Shown here piece after piece: positions 20,431 through 33,694 of a DNA stretch of 64,000 bases (its first letter is position 1; every line of letters begins with the position of its first letter). Position numbers and translations under genes: made by a program. The notes under the pieces were generated by a model. It was not told the DNA's origin, searched no databases, and saw only the letters and a list, made by a program, of their open reading frames with translations. This DNA comes from Candidatus Marinacidobacterales bacterium (lineage in GTDB: Bacteria; Acidobacteriota; Vicinamibacteria; Marinacidobacterales; DATDRI01), in assembly GCA_965219415.1 (NCBI GenBank), contig OZ244742.1, positions 1,856,001 through 1,920,000 of the forward strand. The letters run 5' to 3'.

Positions 20431-20460
20431 CACCGGAGAAGCATGACTTGGCGCGGGCTA

Positions 20461-21462
20461 TTATAGATCGAGAGCGTAGTAGGCGGCGCCGATGAGCGGA
20501 GCTCGAGGATTGAGTGCCACACAAACGCGCATGCTGTGGACCAACTCCGTGAAGCGCCCCTTGTCTCGATAGCCATCCATGAAATACCCCGTCTGCAACG
20601 CCGGAAGGATCTTAGGGGCGATTCCCCCACCGATGAAAACGCCGCCCATGGCTATGCACTTGAGGGCCAAGTTGGAGGCTTCCGCCCCGTAGATGTTAGA
20701 GAACAACTCGAGGGTCCGAACGCTCAAGGGATCCTTGTCCTCGAGGCCAGCCTTGGTGACGACGGCGCTGGGGTCATCCACTTTGAGTCGGTCCGCCATC
20801 CACTCCGGCTCGGGAGCGTAACCCGTATCCCGGAGAAAGCAATAAACGTTGAAGAATCCAGGACCGGAGAGCACGCGCTCGTAGCTGACATGGCCGCCAT
20901 GTTTCTCGCGCAGATACTTCAGCAGCTCGACCTCTCCGTCGGTTCGCGGGGCAAAATCGGCGTGCCCCCCCTCTGAGGCGATGACATGGTGGCGCTTACC
21001 ATCCCAAAACAGCATCGCTTCACCGAGGCCGGTGCCCGCCGCGACCACCGCGACGTTGCCCTTCCGTCCAGGGTCTCTGCCCCGGTTCAGTTCGTAGAGC
21101 TCATCATCCCGCAAATGCAGCATGCCATAGGCGGCTGCTTCCAGATCGTTGATGAGCCTGGTTTGAGGAACTGCCAACGTCTCCGCTATGTCTTGCTCGT
21201 CGACGTGCCATGGCAGGTTGGTGGGGTCGCTCTTTCCATCGATGACTGCACCCGCGATTCCAAAACACGCGGCCTGGATGGGTGGCGTCTCGTCTTCTCG
21301 AAGAAATTTTGCGAGGATCTCTTCGAGTGCGCCGTGCTCTTGGCTCGCGAATACCGACTCGCGAATCTCCACCAAACCCTCTACGGTGTCTTTTAAGAGG
21401 GTGACGACCGTCTTCGTCCCACCGATGTCGCCCGCAAGAATATGGCGGCGCCCCTTGGTCAT
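20461..21462 (-). CDS. glk: Glucokinase
   Basis: [44 protein letters not shown]. Confidence 0.95.
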   Translation of the reverse strand: MTKGRRHILAGDIGGTKTVVTLLKDTVEGLVEIRESVFASQEHGALEEILAKFLREDETPPIQAACFGIAGAVIDGKSDPTNLPWHVDEQDIAETLAVPQTRLINDLEAAAYGMLHLRDDELYELNRGRDPGRKGNVAVVAAGTGLGEAMLFWDGKRHHVIASEGGHADFAPRTDGEVELLKYLREKHGGHVSYERVLSGPGFFNVYCFLRDTGYAPEPEWMADRLKVDDPSAVVTKAGLEDKDPLSVRTLELFSNIYGAEASNLALKCIAMGGVFIGGGIAPKILPALQTGYFMDGYRDKGRFTELVHSMRVCVALNPRAPLIGAAYYALDL

Positions 21463-22142
21463 CCCAGGCGCGAATCCCGGACGCTATCGCGCAAACGATC
21501 CATAGCGGCACCAACGCCGTCTTTGGCGCCGAAAACGGCGGAGCCGGCAACGAGGACGCGGGCACCGGCCGCGACCACTTTGGGCGCGCTGGTGGCGTCG
21601 ATCCCCCCATCGACTTCGAGCTGACACTCCGGATTCGCTTGATCAATCATCTGACGAATTCTTTGAATCTTCGGTAGCGTGCTGGCAATGAATTTCTGCC
21701 CACCGAATCCTGGGTTCACCGTCATCACCAGCACCTGGTCGACATCGGGAAGGATCTCCTCGATCAACGCCACCGGCGTCGCCGGGTTCAGAACCACTCC
21801 CGCACCAATGCCCAACGATTTGATATGACCAATGGTTCGATGGAGGTGTGTTGCGCCCTCTACGTGAACCAAGAGGGACGTCGAGCCGGCCCCCGCGAAG
21901 GCCTCCACATATCTCTCGGGGTGCTCAATCATTAAATGCGTTTCTAGGGGAAGTTTTGTAACTCGTCGGAGGGCCCGAACGACCACGGGGCCGATTGTAA
22001 TATTCGGAACGAAATGACCGTCCATGACATCGACATGGATCCGATCGGCGCCCACCGACTCCGCCTCCTCGACCTGCTCACCGAGACGCGTAAAATCGGC
22101 CGAGAGGATAGAAGGAGCTAGCTCAACCGTCGGATCACCCAC
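21459..22142 (-). CDS. rpe: Ribulose-phosphate 3-epimerase
   Basis: [39 protein letters not shown] start overlapping the rpiA end is inferred. Confidence 0.96.
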   Translation of the reverse strand: MGDPTVELAPSILSADFTRLGEQVEEAESVGADRIHVDVMDGHFVPNITIGPVVVRALRRVTKLPLETHLMIEHPERYVEAFAGAGSTSLLVHVEGATHLHRTIGHIKSLGIGAGVVLNPATPVALIEEILPDVDQVLVMTVNPGFGGQKFIASTLPKIQRIRQMIDQANPECQLEVDGGIDATSAPKVVAAGARVLVAGSAVFGAKDGVGAAMDRLRDSVRDSRLG

Positions 22143-22794
22143 GTTGTCGCTCTTCGACATCGGCACCTCTCTGGATCAGAACCGTATCGACCATCCCTAG
22201 AAAAAGTCCACTCCCCACGACACCGGGGATGGAAAGGATCTCCCCCTCGAGTCCGGCAGGGTTCGCTATCGGACCGACCCCGCAATCGAGGATGCAGTTC
22301 CCGTTGTCGGTTTCGAGCGCCTTTCCGTTTTTCATCCGTAGCTCGGGTCGCAAACCCAATGCTTCGAGTCGCCGACGTCCTAGGCTCGCCCCGAACGACA
22401 CGACCTCGACCGGCAGCCGGCCGCGATCCCCGAGCACCTTGACCTCTTTCTCGGCGCCGACCAAGATCACGAGGCGCTTACTGGAGGCGGCCACGATCTT
22501 CTCACGCACCAGGGCACCCCCGTAACCCTTGATGAGGTCGAGTTGCGGATCGACCTCATCGGCGCCATCTATCGTGAGATCGAGCTCGCCTGCTTCTTCG
22601 AGAGTCACGAGCGGGATCCCGAGCTCGGTCGCCAAATCCGCCGTCGCCTGCGAAGTCGGAACGCCGGTGACTCTCAGACCGCTTTGGACACGCTCACCGA
22701 GACCACGCACGAACGCGGTTGCGGCCTTTCCGGTACCGAGCCCTACGACATTACCGTCTTCTACCGCTTCCAGCGCGCGTTCGGCGTTGGTCAT
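22135..22794 (-). CDS. rpiA: Ribose-5-phosphate isomerase A
   Basis: [32 protein letters not shown]. Confidence 0.96.
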   Translation of the reverse strand: MTNAERALEAVEDGNVVGLGTGKAATAFVRGLGERVQSGLRVTGVPTSQATADLATELGIPLVTLEEAGELDLTIDGADEVDPQLDLIKGYGGALVREKIVAASSKRLVILVGAEKEVKVLGDRGRLPVEVVSFGASLGRRRLEALGLRPELRMKNGKALETDNGNCILDCGVGPIANPAGLEGEILSIPGVVGSGLFLGMVDTVLIQRGADVEERQRG

Positions 22795-22814
22795 TTAATC
22801 CTTTCGGCGCGGAA

Positions 22815-25700
22815 CTACAACACGTCCTGAATGATTCCACGCAGTCTGGCCAAGTTGCGTTTCACCTCCGGGCCCAGATGCACGCGGAGAACACGGCGCC
22901 CCCGCTCCACCAGAACTTCGAAATCCCCCTGCGCTTGAAAGCGCTTCAGGATCCCGAAGGAGTATTTCTGGCCGGGGATCGCGAGGTCATCGGCGTCCTC
23001 GGAGGTAATCTGGAGAAACACCCCACTATTGGGACCGCCCTTGTGCAATTGCCCGGTGGAATGGAGAAAACGCGGCCCGTAACCGAGAGTCGTCGCAACG
23101 TTCTTCGTGGACCGTACCGAACGTCGAATGGCGTTCAACTCCTTCTGGTTCTCCTCGTTCATCTCCACGTAGGCGTTGATGGCGAAATAGTCGCCCGCCT
23201 CCAGACGGCCGAGGTGAGCCTTCAGGTATTCCCGGAGATCCTTGGACTTGGCCGATGCTGCCATGGCCTCCGTATTGCGGGAGTCGGCAAACAGGCTCAG
23301 ATCGCCATCGGCGAGAAGCGGCCTTTCCGAAAGTAGCTCGCGGGTCTCCTCGTAGGCAGTAGTCAGCCTCCGCGTCGCGACCTTGCTCACTTCCACGTCT
23401 GGTTGGTTGAAGGGGTTGATGCCCAGAACCGACCCCGCCGCGGCAGTAGCGACCTCCCAGCGGAAAAACTCCTGCCCCAAGTCCATGCTCTCCACCAGTG
23501 TAATCTTCACCACTGGGTGCCCCGCTCTCTGGAGGGCCTCGGCTGCGACGTCCTGCTCTTTCGAAGGAGCGGGAGCGAGTCGGAGATGCACGAACACTCT
23601 GTCATCTCCGTACGCTTCGGAAGGTCCTAGCGGTTCGTCGTCGATGGGAACCAACCCCTTCCCTTCCTTGCCGGTCGACTCTGCGAGCAGCTGCTCCAGC
23701 CATGCACCGAACGACTTGATTCCGGGGGACGCGATGATCGTCACCTTGTCACGCCCTCGCTTGGCGAGGGTGCCGAGGATGATGCCCAGCTCGACGCCGG
23801 GGTTGACCTCGGGCGGCACAACCGATGCACAGGACTGCACCATAATCTCTGCGTTGTCCAAAAACCTCGGAACGTCCACACCCATCACCGCAGCGGGCAC
23901 CATTCCAAAATGGGACATCACCGAGTACCGGCCGCCGATGGTGGGCACACCGTGAGCGATGTGCCGAAAGTGATTCGCTTTGGCCAGACGGTGAAGCTTG
24001 GTCCCCGGGTCGGTGACGGCGATGAAGTGCGAGCCAGCTTTTTCCGGCCCAACCTCCTGCTCGACCTTGTCGAAGAAATACTGCTTGAAAACGTTGGGCT
24101 CGGTCGTGCTTCCGGATTTCGACGACACGATGAAAAGCGTTTTCGCTAGATTCACCCTCTTCTCGAACGCCCTGACCTGTGCCGGTACCGTCGAATCGAG
24201 AACGAGCAGTTCAGGAAAACCATCCACAACGCCAAAGCTCCGCCGCATCACCTCGGGCCCCAGACTGGATCCGCCCATTCCCAACAGGAGGATGTGCTCG
24301 AACCCTCCCGCCTTAACATCCTCCGCGATGGCCTGAATGTGCTCGGGATGATCGAGTTGGCCACTCACGATGTGCAACCAGCCGAGCCATTGATCTTCAT
24401 CCGCGCCGGACCAAAGCGATGTGTCCCCCCGCCAGAGCCGTCTGACCTTGCCATTGGTTCGCCAGTCGTCGAGAGCTTTCTGAACATCGCTCTCTGCTTC
24501 CCCGAGAAAGTAGGACTGCTTGGCCAGCTCGCCTGCCAATAGGGATCGTCGTTTCCGTTCCACGGCGGCGAGAAGCTTGTCGAAAGCGTTCGAGAATTTT
24601 TTCACCCCGTCGGCAAGCAGATGGTCGGTTACATCCTCCATCGAGATTCCGACCTCACCGAGGGTGGCCATCGTTTCCTCCGCTTGCTCGATGTTCTCCG
24701 CCCAGTTCTCAGTTAGGCTCGGCCGTGCGCGGCCCTTGGATCGAAAGGACAAATAGGTCTCGGTGGGAACTGTGTTCACGGTATCTTCACCGATCAGTTC
24801 ATCGACGTAAAGAGTCTTGGGATACTTCGGGTTCTTGGTGCTGGTGCTTGCCCACAAGAGCCTCTGTGTCTTGGCCCCTTGATCGGCCAGCGACTTCCAT
24901 TTCTTTGCGGAGTGGAGCTCCCGGTAGAGCGCATAGGCGACCCTAGCGTTGGCGATGGCCACTTTCCCAACCAAGCTCTTCAACTTCTGACGCCTCTCCG
25001 CTTCCCTCGTGGCGTCGAGAGCCTCACAAACCTTCTGGTCGACGAGCGAATCGATACGACTCACAAAGAAGCTAGCAACGCTCGACACACGAGAGAGGTC
25101 GCCTCCCGCCGAAGCGAAAATCTCGAGACCATCCATATACGCGTTGGCCACCGCCTCATAGGACTCGACCGCGAAAAGCAGTGTGACGTTGATATTGATG
25201 CCCTCTCCGATGAGCTGCTTGATCGCGGGCACGCCCTCGGGGGTCGCGGGAACCTTGATCATTACGTTCGGCCGGCCGATGGACTTGTGCAGACGGCGGG
25301 CTTCCTCGAGCGTACCTCCGGTGTCGTTGGCGAGGTAGGGCGACACCTCCATGCTCACGAAACCGTCGCGGCCTGAGGTCTGCTCGTAAACGCCGGCCAG
25401 AACGTCGGCGGCTAGTTGAATGTCCTCGATGGCCAAACCTTCGTAAATGTTCTTGGCGTCCCCGGTATCTTGCGAGACCAGCTTCTTAGTCGCGGCGTCG
25501 TAGTCGGTGCTGCCGGCCAGGGCCTTTTCGAAGATGGAGGGATTCGATGTCACGCCCAGCAGACCGTCTCCCTCTACCATCTCCTTGAGCTCGCCGGATG
25601 TAATGAGGCCGCGGCGAATATTGTCGTACCAGATGCTCTGGCCGAATTTCTGGACGTCTTGGATTGGGTTGGACACGGCGCTAGCCTCGAATCTTTCCAT
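22815..25700 (-). CDS. Bifunctional transaldolase / phosphoglucose isomerase
   Basis: Transaldolase motifs GVTSNPSIF, MIKVPAT, LWASTSTK, followed by PGI-like GMGGSSLG, SSKSGST, GGRYS, EQLLAESTGK, FNQPDVE. Start approximate. Confidence 0.93.
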   Translation of the reverse strand: MERFEASAVSNPIQDVQKFGQSIWYDNIRRGLITSGELKEMVEGDGLLGVTSNPSIFEKALAGSTDYDAATKKLVSQDTGDAKNIYEGLAIEDIQLAADVLAGVYEQTSGRDGFVSMEVSPYLANDTGGTLEEARRLHKSIGRPNVMIKVPATPEGVPAIKQLIGEGININVTLLFAVESYEAVANAYMDGLEIFASAGGDLSRVSSVASFFVSRIDSLVDQKVCEALDATREAERRQKLKSLVGKVAIANARVAYALYRELHSAKKWKSLADQGAKTQRLLWASTSTKNPKYPKTLYVDELIGEDTVNTVPTETYLSFRSKGRARPSLTENWAENIEQAEETMATLGEVGISMEDVTDHLLADGVKKFSNAFDKLLAAVERKRRSLLAGELAKQSYFLGEAESDVQKALDDWRTNGKVRRLWRGDTSLWSGADEDQWLGWLHIVSGQLDHPEHIQAIAEDVKAGGFEHILLLGMGGSSLGPEVMRRSFGVVDGFPELLVLDSTVPAQVRAFEKRVNLAKTLFIVSSKSGSTTEPNVFKQYFFDKVEQEVGPEKAGSHFIAVTDPGTKLHRLAKANHFRHIAHGVPTIGGRYSVMSHFGMVPAAVMGVDVPRFLDNAEIMVQSCASVVPPEVNPGVELGIILGTLAKRGRDKVTIIASPGIKSFGAWLEQLLAESTGKEGKGLVPIDDEPLGPSEAYGDDRVFVHLRLAPAPSKEQDVAAEALQRAGHPVVKITLVESMDLGQEFFRWEVATAAAGSVLGINPFNQPDVEVSKVATRRLTTAYEETRELLSERPLLADGDLSLFADSRNTEAMAASAKSKDLREYLKAHLGRLEAGDYFAINAYVEMNEENQKELNAIRRSVRSTKNVATTLGYGPRFLHSTGQLHKGGPNSGVFLQITSEDADDLAIPGQKYSFGILKRFQAQGDFEVLVERGRRVLRVHLGPEVKRNLARLRGIIQDVL

Positions 25701-25819
25701 TGAGAAGTGTAAACCGCTAGGTTCCCTGTAGATGTAACCCATTCGGAGAAACCAAGCAAGAGCTTACTTAAGCGGGCGGGCGCCCGCTTGGCGCCCGCGG
25801 CTCAAGCTGGGCACTCGCG

Positions 25820-26315
25820 TCTTACGCAGCTCATCGGACGCAGGACATCAGGCTCTGGCAGCGCAGGTCCTCGGCTACGTCGACGTCAAGCAGGCCGTCG
25901 TCGACGATCTCGTGTACGCGATGAGCGATCCGTCCGTGGACGTCCGGAACAACGCGATGCGGACGTTATGGGTGTTCACCGCGGCAACGCCAAGTGCGGC
26001 GCGCCCTGTCCCACGTGTTCCTTATCAACCGTTCATCATGTTGCTCCACTCTCCGGATTTTACGGATCGGAACAAAGCGTCACTAGCACTTCGAAGGGTC
26101 GGGACCCGCAGCTTCTCAGGAGGCTGCGTAACGAGGCCATGGCGCCGCTCGTTGAGATGGCCCGCTGGAAGAGCGAGGGGCATGCAATGGCTGCCTTCAT
26201 CATCCTCGGGCGGATCGCTGGCTACTCAGACGAGGCCGCAGAGGCCGCCTGGCATCGGGGTGAAAGGGAAGAGGTCATCGGCGCAGCGCTCAGTCGACAT
26301 GGGCCGGCCGTCTGA
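25820..26315 (+). pseudogene. HEAT-repeat protein fragment, frameshifted; probable former integron cassette
   Basis: 'LVYAMSDPSVDVRNNAMR' in ORF 25912 continues as 'RDPQLLRRLRNEAMAPLVEMARWK' in another frame. No clear 5' end. Confidence 0.6.
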
Positions 26316-26330
26316 CTGCGCTGTTATACC

Positions 26331-28730
<2,400 letters not shown>

Positions 28731-29200
28731 CGTGTCAAATCTGGGTGCTATTGATATGCGCTTTATTGCTTTCATTGTTCCGGGGAGTACCGACTACCCA
28801 TGACGATGCCCTGGAGAGTCTGAAGTCAACGGAAGCGAGGCGCCTCGCGGCGTTGAATGCCCGAGATGTGGATACGATTGTGGAAATTGAAGGTGGTGCG
28901 GTCGGGTTCGGTCGGGCATCCACAGTTCCGCGAAGAAATGAACCCGCGTCCTTCAAAGCAAGAATCGAAAGCTGGTTCAGCACCATGGAGAACCTTGAGA
29001 TCGAACTACTCGACGAAGACTATCGGGTCGTTGGCAACACCGGTTTGGTGGTCGGAACGCTTGTGCGGAGGGAGAGGCCCATCGGAGGTAAGCCCTTAAC
29101 TCGACGACTACGGTATTCAGCGACTTATGTCCTGCAAGGGAAACAGTGGCACATGGTTCAGTACCATCGTTCACCGATTCCGGCAGAAGCAACCTCTTGA
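28731..29200 (+). CDS. NTF2-like (DUF4440-type) secreted protein; integron-cassette gene, start uncertain
   Basis: Hydrophobic N-terminus, 'ALNARDVD', 'GNTGLVVG', 'RYSATYV..QWHMVQYHRS'. Followed by an attC site. Confidence 0.72.
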
Positions 29201-29244
29201 GATGGATCTCCGCGAGTATGATTTGCATGGAGAGTGACGAACCA

Positions 29245-29343
29245 GCATAACAATTCGCTGCGGCTGACGAGTGGCTCGAGTTGCTTGGAAGAATAAGACG
29301 TTCTTATTGGTGCGCCACTCGCAGCTGAGCTCGACTGTTAGGC
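29245..29343 (+). other. Integron attC recombination site (99 bp)
   Basis: GCATAAC (29245) ... GTTAGGC (29337). Arms gctg(a)cgagtggc / gccactcgcagc with an unpaired base, and central hairpin aataaga-cgt-tcttatt. Confidence 0.85.
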
Positions 29344-29356
29344 GACTCTCGGGACG

Positions 29357-29490
29357 GTCCGGAGACATAGGTAACAAAACAGTCCGGGGACATGGGTGAC
29401 AGTAGAGAGGTACCGGGAGGTGCCTCGTGGGATGGAGGTCAACGTCACCTATGGGCGAGCGAGTGCGTTTCATAGTGGATGCTCCAGAGC
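29357..29490 (+). mobile_element. IS481-like left-end stub
   Basis: Direct repeats gtccggagacataggtaaca / gtccggggacatgggtgaca, then GTG 29427 'GWRSTSPMGERVRFIVD', resembling IS481-family transposase N-termini. Confidence 0.65.
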
Positions 29491-29507
29491 AGGGCGGCAG
29501 CCTTAAG

Positions 29508-29681
29508 AGCCTTACGGACCAAGGAGGCATCAACCGAAATCGTCGAATAGGATATGGTGCGCAGGGCGAACGAGCCAACAGGGGCAGGCACTAAGAGGCA
29601 CGAAATCCTACCCATCCGAGAAATTGGATGGCTCTCGATAGCGCCCATTTGGGGTCTGTTGGTAGCAGGGCGGTAGCAGCC
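29508..29681. repeat. att-like repeat copy 3: nqrF 3'-end duplicate plus 126-bp arm
   Basis: tcaaccgaaatcgtcgaaTaggatat at 29530-29555. 29556-29681 matches 31882-32007 with about 3 differences. Confidence 0.9.
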
Positions 29682-29756
29682 CCCAGGCTCTACATTACGA
29701 TATACCTCCGCTGCGACCTGTGTGCCACCGCAGGGAACGCGCATCCTCCCGCCTCT

Positions 29757-30007
29757 GATCGATCTCGGTCGCGCTAGGCTGACTCGAAGCCGTAAGTGAC
29801 GGCGAAAACCCGCATCTCCACTGTAGATTCTCTCACTCCGACACTGAGGTACGGTACCGTAGAAGACGGCATCTTGCGGGCTTTATCGGGACCGTAGATC
29901 GATCCACATTTCGCCGAGCCGATAGGAACGACGGACCATTTGCCGGATTCTCCATCAGGTGCACGGACCTAGCGCGACCCAAATCAGTGCGTCGTGACTA
30001 GATGCCC
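29757..30007 (+). ncRNA. Candidate structured non-coding element, copy A (most complete)
   Basis: Perfect 12-bp closing stem 29767-29778 / 29968-29979 plus internal stems. Homologous to 32009-32198 and 33695-33924. Confidence 0.55.
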
Positions 30008-30107
30008 GCGTTGCCGCACAGTAAGCCACTAGCCCTTTTGACTTTTCAGCCTGTGCGGGACTATTCTCAGATTGATCGGCCAGCCCAAAGCAGTTGGAGG
30101 CTTTCCC

Positions 30108-30270
30108 ATGGCCAACGAACATCGTCAGCAGGTGGAAAGGCTGGTCCGGGCTGCGCTTGAACACCCTCCCTCCGAGAGAAGCCTTTTTCTGGAAGGCGCG
30201 TGCTTGGAGGACGCGTCCCTACGAAAGGAAGTCGAAGCCATCCTCGCTTCTCGGGAGCCTCCTGCGAGTT
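30108..30270 (+). pseudogene. N-terminal stub of a Ser/Thr protein kinase
   Basis: RBS ggagg, then MANEHRQQVERLVRAALEHPPSERSLFLEGAC..DASLRKEVEAILA, a typical pre-kinase leader. No kinase domain follows. Confidence 0.65.
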
Positions 30271-30364
30271 CTCCCCAGGAGCCCCACAGCACCCGCCGGA
30301 TTTCATCGACGATAATGTGCCCGCACGAAGTGCGGAGTTTGTCTGTTTCCGAAAGGAGGATCAG

Positions 30365-31519
30365 ATGACGAAACTCAAGAAATGGATCGCGAGTGCGACC
30401 CTTGCGTGCCTCTGGGCCTGCGGCAGTCCGGAGCAATCGACCATAGACCAATTCTTCCGTGCCGCCCGGACCAACGACCCTACAACGCTTGCTTCCATGT
30501 CGGCCGTCGGCCCTCCCGTGGAGGTAGAGTCGTGGAAGGTGGTCGAGGTTAGCTCCCGATCAACGGAGCCTTTCGCGTTGCCGGAGCTCCTCGACCGGTT
30601 TGAGGCCGCCACGAAGGAACGAGACGCCGCGGTGGAGGCAGGCCAAAAGTATGCCAGCGACCAGCCGGATGCTCTCGAACGGATCATCCCAAAGCTGCGA
30701 GAGGGTTCAGATTACAAGTTCCGTGGAAAGATGGGTGAGATTCAAGAGGAGTGGTTGAGGCTGGTTGAGGAGCGCAGAGAGAAGGAAGGCACATTTCAAG
30801 AGCTCAAACGGGCCGTACGTAGTGAAACCGGACTCGCCACCAAGTCGGTGATGCGCCAGGTGAACGTCGAGAACCTAGACGGAGACGTCGCGGTGACGGA
30901 AATGCTGCTCCGCCTCAAACCCCGGGATGGCGACGAGCTGCCCTATAGGGTTGTGCTTCGAAAGTACAAACTCTCTGAGCCGGAGAGCGATCGCATCGAG
31001 CCCGCGCGTTGGGTCATCCTCGACATCGAGGGGACAACCCCGGAGGCTCGGGCCGCGGCATCCGCGCCTGCCAAGGCGAGTGAACCATCCTCAGAATCGG
31101 CAGACGCCACCGAGCCCTCGAAGGTTGCCGACAACCAAGGCGCCGCCGAGAGCAAGCAGCCTGCCCGGAACGAGCCAACGTACCGGCCTCGAGAGTTACG
31201 CGGCCTCGCTAGAGTTCAGATTCTCACCCCCGAGACAAAGGTCGAAGGCGACGAGGTGATCACCACCATCCGGGTGCGCAATGTGTCGAAGGACTGGATA
31301 ACGCGGTTTATGGTGACGGAGCACTGGTACGACGAGCAGGGCAACGCGGTGAGAAGTGGTTCGCGAACGCACCAAAAGCAGTTCATGCCGGGCGAGGTCA
31401 TAGAGATGGAGCTGCGGACGCGCAAGAACCCGAAGTTCTACCAGAACCAGTTCGAGTTCTCGCACGCCAACGGTGACGTCAAGGCCTTTCCCGTCGGGAG
31501 CTTCCCGAAGGACACTTAA
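30365..31519 (+). CDS. Hypothetical lipoprotein (coiled-coil region, linker, C-terminal beta domain)
   Basis: RBS aggagga, lipobox LWAC, long ORF with host-like codon usage. Confidence 0.78.
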   Translation: MTKLKKWIASATLACLWACGSPEQSTIDQFFRAARTNDPTTLASMSAVGPPVEVESWKVVEVSSRSTEPFALPELLDRFEAATKERDAAVEAGQKYASDQPDALERIIPKLREGSDYKFRGKMGEIQEEWLRLVEERREKEGTFQELKRAVRSETGLATKSVMRQVNVENLDGDVAVTEMLLRLKPRDGDELPYRVVLRKYKLSEPESDRIEPARWVILDIEGTTPEARAAASAPAKASEPSSESADATEPSKVADNQGAAESKQPARNEPTYRPRELRGLARVQILTPETKVEGDEVITTIRVRNVSKDWITRFMVTEHWYDEQGNAVRSGSRTHQKQFMPGEVIEMELRTRKNPKFYQNQFEFSHANGDVKAFPVGSFPKDT

Positions 31520-31826
31520 GAGTAACGCGACTACCCGGTCGAGCGCGGCTGGGGCGCATAACTCTTTGCGTGCAGGACAACTGATCCGCATTGGGTCGGT
31601 TGACACCCGCATCCACGCCCCGAGTACAGATTCGCCTCGCGCTAGGCACGCCGCTTTCGCCGTAGTGGGACGCGGCCATGTCGCCGCGATAGATTGATCC
31701 TCCGCCTGCTAGGTCGAGCCAAGTGATGAGGAATCAACGAAAGGCCCCTTGGGTCCCATGTGATTGGCGAAAAGCGACGCTGCGATTGTTTCACGATCGC
31801 GAGCGCCGCTCGCACGTCAACGTAGA

Positions 31827-32007
31827 AGCAGAAAGCCTTACGGACCGAGAAGTTATCAACCGAAATCGTCGAAGAGGATATAGTGCGCAGGGCGAACTAG
31901 CCGACAGGGGCAGGCACTAAGAGGCACGAAATCCTACCCATCCGAGAAATTGGATGGCTCTCGATAGCGCCCATTTGGGGTCTGTTGGTAGCAGGGCGGT
32001 AGCAGCC
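31827..32007. repeat. att-like repeat copy 2: nqrF 3'-end duplicate plus 126-bp arm
   Basis: 31827-31881 aligns without gaps to 34321-34375. The arm ends in GGTAGCAgggcGGTAGCA. Confidence 0.9.
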
Positions 32008-32008
32008 T

Positions 32009-32198
32009 CTGTGGATTCCCTCTCACAGACACCGAGGATCCGGCACTGTAGAAGTCGGCATTTTGCGGGCTTTGTCCGGGCCCGTCAGAATCGATTAGCA
32101 TTGGCTGATCTGATAGGAACAACGGGGCGTTTCCCGTATTCACCATCGGGTGGACGGACCTAGCGGGAGCCAAATGAGTGCGTGGCGTCTAGATGCCC
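32009..32198 (+). ncRNA. Candidate structured non-coding element, copy B (5'-truncated)
   Basis: Aligns to ~29821-30007; shares cggcat.ttgcgggc, gataggaac and acggacctagcg blocks. Confidence 0.5.
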
Positions 32199-32245
32199 TA
32201 GATGGGGGTTTGTCGTGGACAGATGGCCTCGTATTTATCAACCCG

Positions 32246-33625
32246 TCAGACGCCGCTGCGATAGGCGAAATCGCTCCGTGAATGCACCTGACCGTCTCTG
32301 ATGATCAAATCGATCTCTCGAATGTCGCGGATGTCCTTCAACGGATCGGCGTTCAGAATGAGCAGATCGGCCCACTTCCCCGCCTCCACGGTTCCGAGCT
32401 TGTCCTCCACGCCGATGGCCTTGGCTCCGATACGGGTTGCGGCGACCAGAGCCTCCATGGGGCTCAATCCACATTCGACGAATAACTGCACCTCCCAGGG
32501 AGTGTTGTAACCTTGAAAGTTGTAACCCACCCGCCCACCGCCGTCGGTTCCGACCGCGAGCTTCACACCGGCCTGGTGCATCTTGGTGACGTTCTCTTTA
32601 AAAACCGGGATCTTCTCAGCCACCCACTGGTAGATGTCCTCGCCCGCGATTTGCCGAAAACGCGCGTTCTCTTCCGCCATGAAGTCGGCACGGCGCATCC
32701 GCTCGAGTAGAAAAGTGGGCACGCTGCCCACGAGGATGGGGTCGTCGAATCCGTCCGGCCGTTCATCGTAACGAAGGAAGGCCTCGAACAGGCTGACGGT
32801 GGGAATGATGATAATGTCATTATCGACCATCTCTTGCAGGATGGGATCCCCTTCCGGGATAGGGTCTTCCAATCCGTGCACGATGCCCCGCGGTCGGATA
32901 GAAACCGCCTTCCTGTACTCCTCGAGATTGATGGCGTGCACATAGATTGGAACGTCTTCCGCTTCGGCCACTTCCACGATCGCCTCGAGCATATCGTCGG
33001 GCATCACCGGGACGGTACCGGAACGGTCTGCCATTCCGTCTTCGATGACGACCTTGAAGCCGTCCGTCCCCTTAGCGACGTAATCGAGGGCCCGCTGCCG
33101 GGCCGCCTCGGCATCTTTAAGGGTCCTTCCGAGGTGGTTTCCCCAGCCTCCTTCTGGAATGAAAGCGCGTCCCATGGCGTAGATCCTCGGCGAGATCAGC
33201 CGACCTTCCCTTTGCGCCGCACGCCTCGCCCAAATCCATTCCTCGTCGGAAGAAACGTTCAGTACGGTGGTGACACCGTTATAGAGCAGGGCGTTGCCGT
33301 TGTGTTCGATGATCTGTTCTCTCTCTTCGGGCGAGATCTGGTAGGCGATCGGGGCATCCAAGTGGATGTGAGCGTCGATGAGGCCGGGGACCACGAACTT
33401 GCCGGTAGCGTCGATGACCGTCGCTCCTCGCGGCGGCTCGAGATCGGTCCCTATCGCCTCGATCTGATTTTTGCGAATCCAGATGTTCGCACCCGTTTGC
33501 GGAGCGGCGCCGGTCCCGTCGATGAGCGTTGCATTCTGTATGAAGACGCCCTCTTGAGGCGGCTCGGCACTGCATCCCGCGATTACTAGCAATCCGCCCA
33601 GAAGAATCGTGCTGACACTTTTCAT
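32246..33625 (-). CDS. Metal-dependent amidohydrolase lipoprotein
   Basis: Lipobox IAGC, PGLIDAHIH, VGTD, GTVEAGKWADLLIL. Confidence 0.92.
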   Translation of the reverse strand: MKSVSTILLGGLLVIAGCSAEPPQEGVFIQNATLIDGTGAAPQTGANIWIRKNQIEAIGTDLEPPRGATVIDATGKFVVPGLIDAHIHLDAPIAYQISPEEREQIIEHNGNALLYNGVTTVLNVSSDEEWIWARRAAQREGRLISPRIYAMGRAFIPEGGWGNHLGRTLKDAEAARQRALDYVAKGTDGFKVVIEDGMADRSGTVPVMPDDMLEAIVEVAEAEDVPIYVHAINLEEYRKAVSIRPRGIVHGLEDPIPEGDPILQEMVDNDIIIIPTVSLFEAFLRYDERPDGFDDPILVGSVPTFLLERMRRADFMAEENARFRQIAGEDIYQWVAEKIPVFKENVTKMHQAGVKLAVGTDGGGRVGYNFQGYNTPWEVQLFVECGLSPMEALVAATRIGAKAIGVEDKLGTVEAGKWADLLILNADPLKDIRDIREIDLIIRDGQVHSRSDFAYRSGV

Positions 33626-33694
33626 CGCTGACTCCTTTCTCGCGGTCAGATTCTAACCCGCTTGTCCACCGGACACGCTCATCTCACCGCCAAG

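Noticed and set aside
29779-29808. Hammerhead ribozyme core (CTGA..GA-stem-GAAA) in the structured element
   Set aside because: The spacing is CUGACUCGAA (CUGAUCCGAA in copy C) rather than CUGANGA, and there is no properly placed stem III/NUH site.
29757-30007. Structured element as a group I intron, cobalamin riboswitch or retron msr-msd
   Set aside because: P/Q-like words are in the wrong order and no interrupted gene is seen. No B12 box is recognisable. There is no reverse transcriptase or long msd hairpin. A formal Rfam search is still needed.
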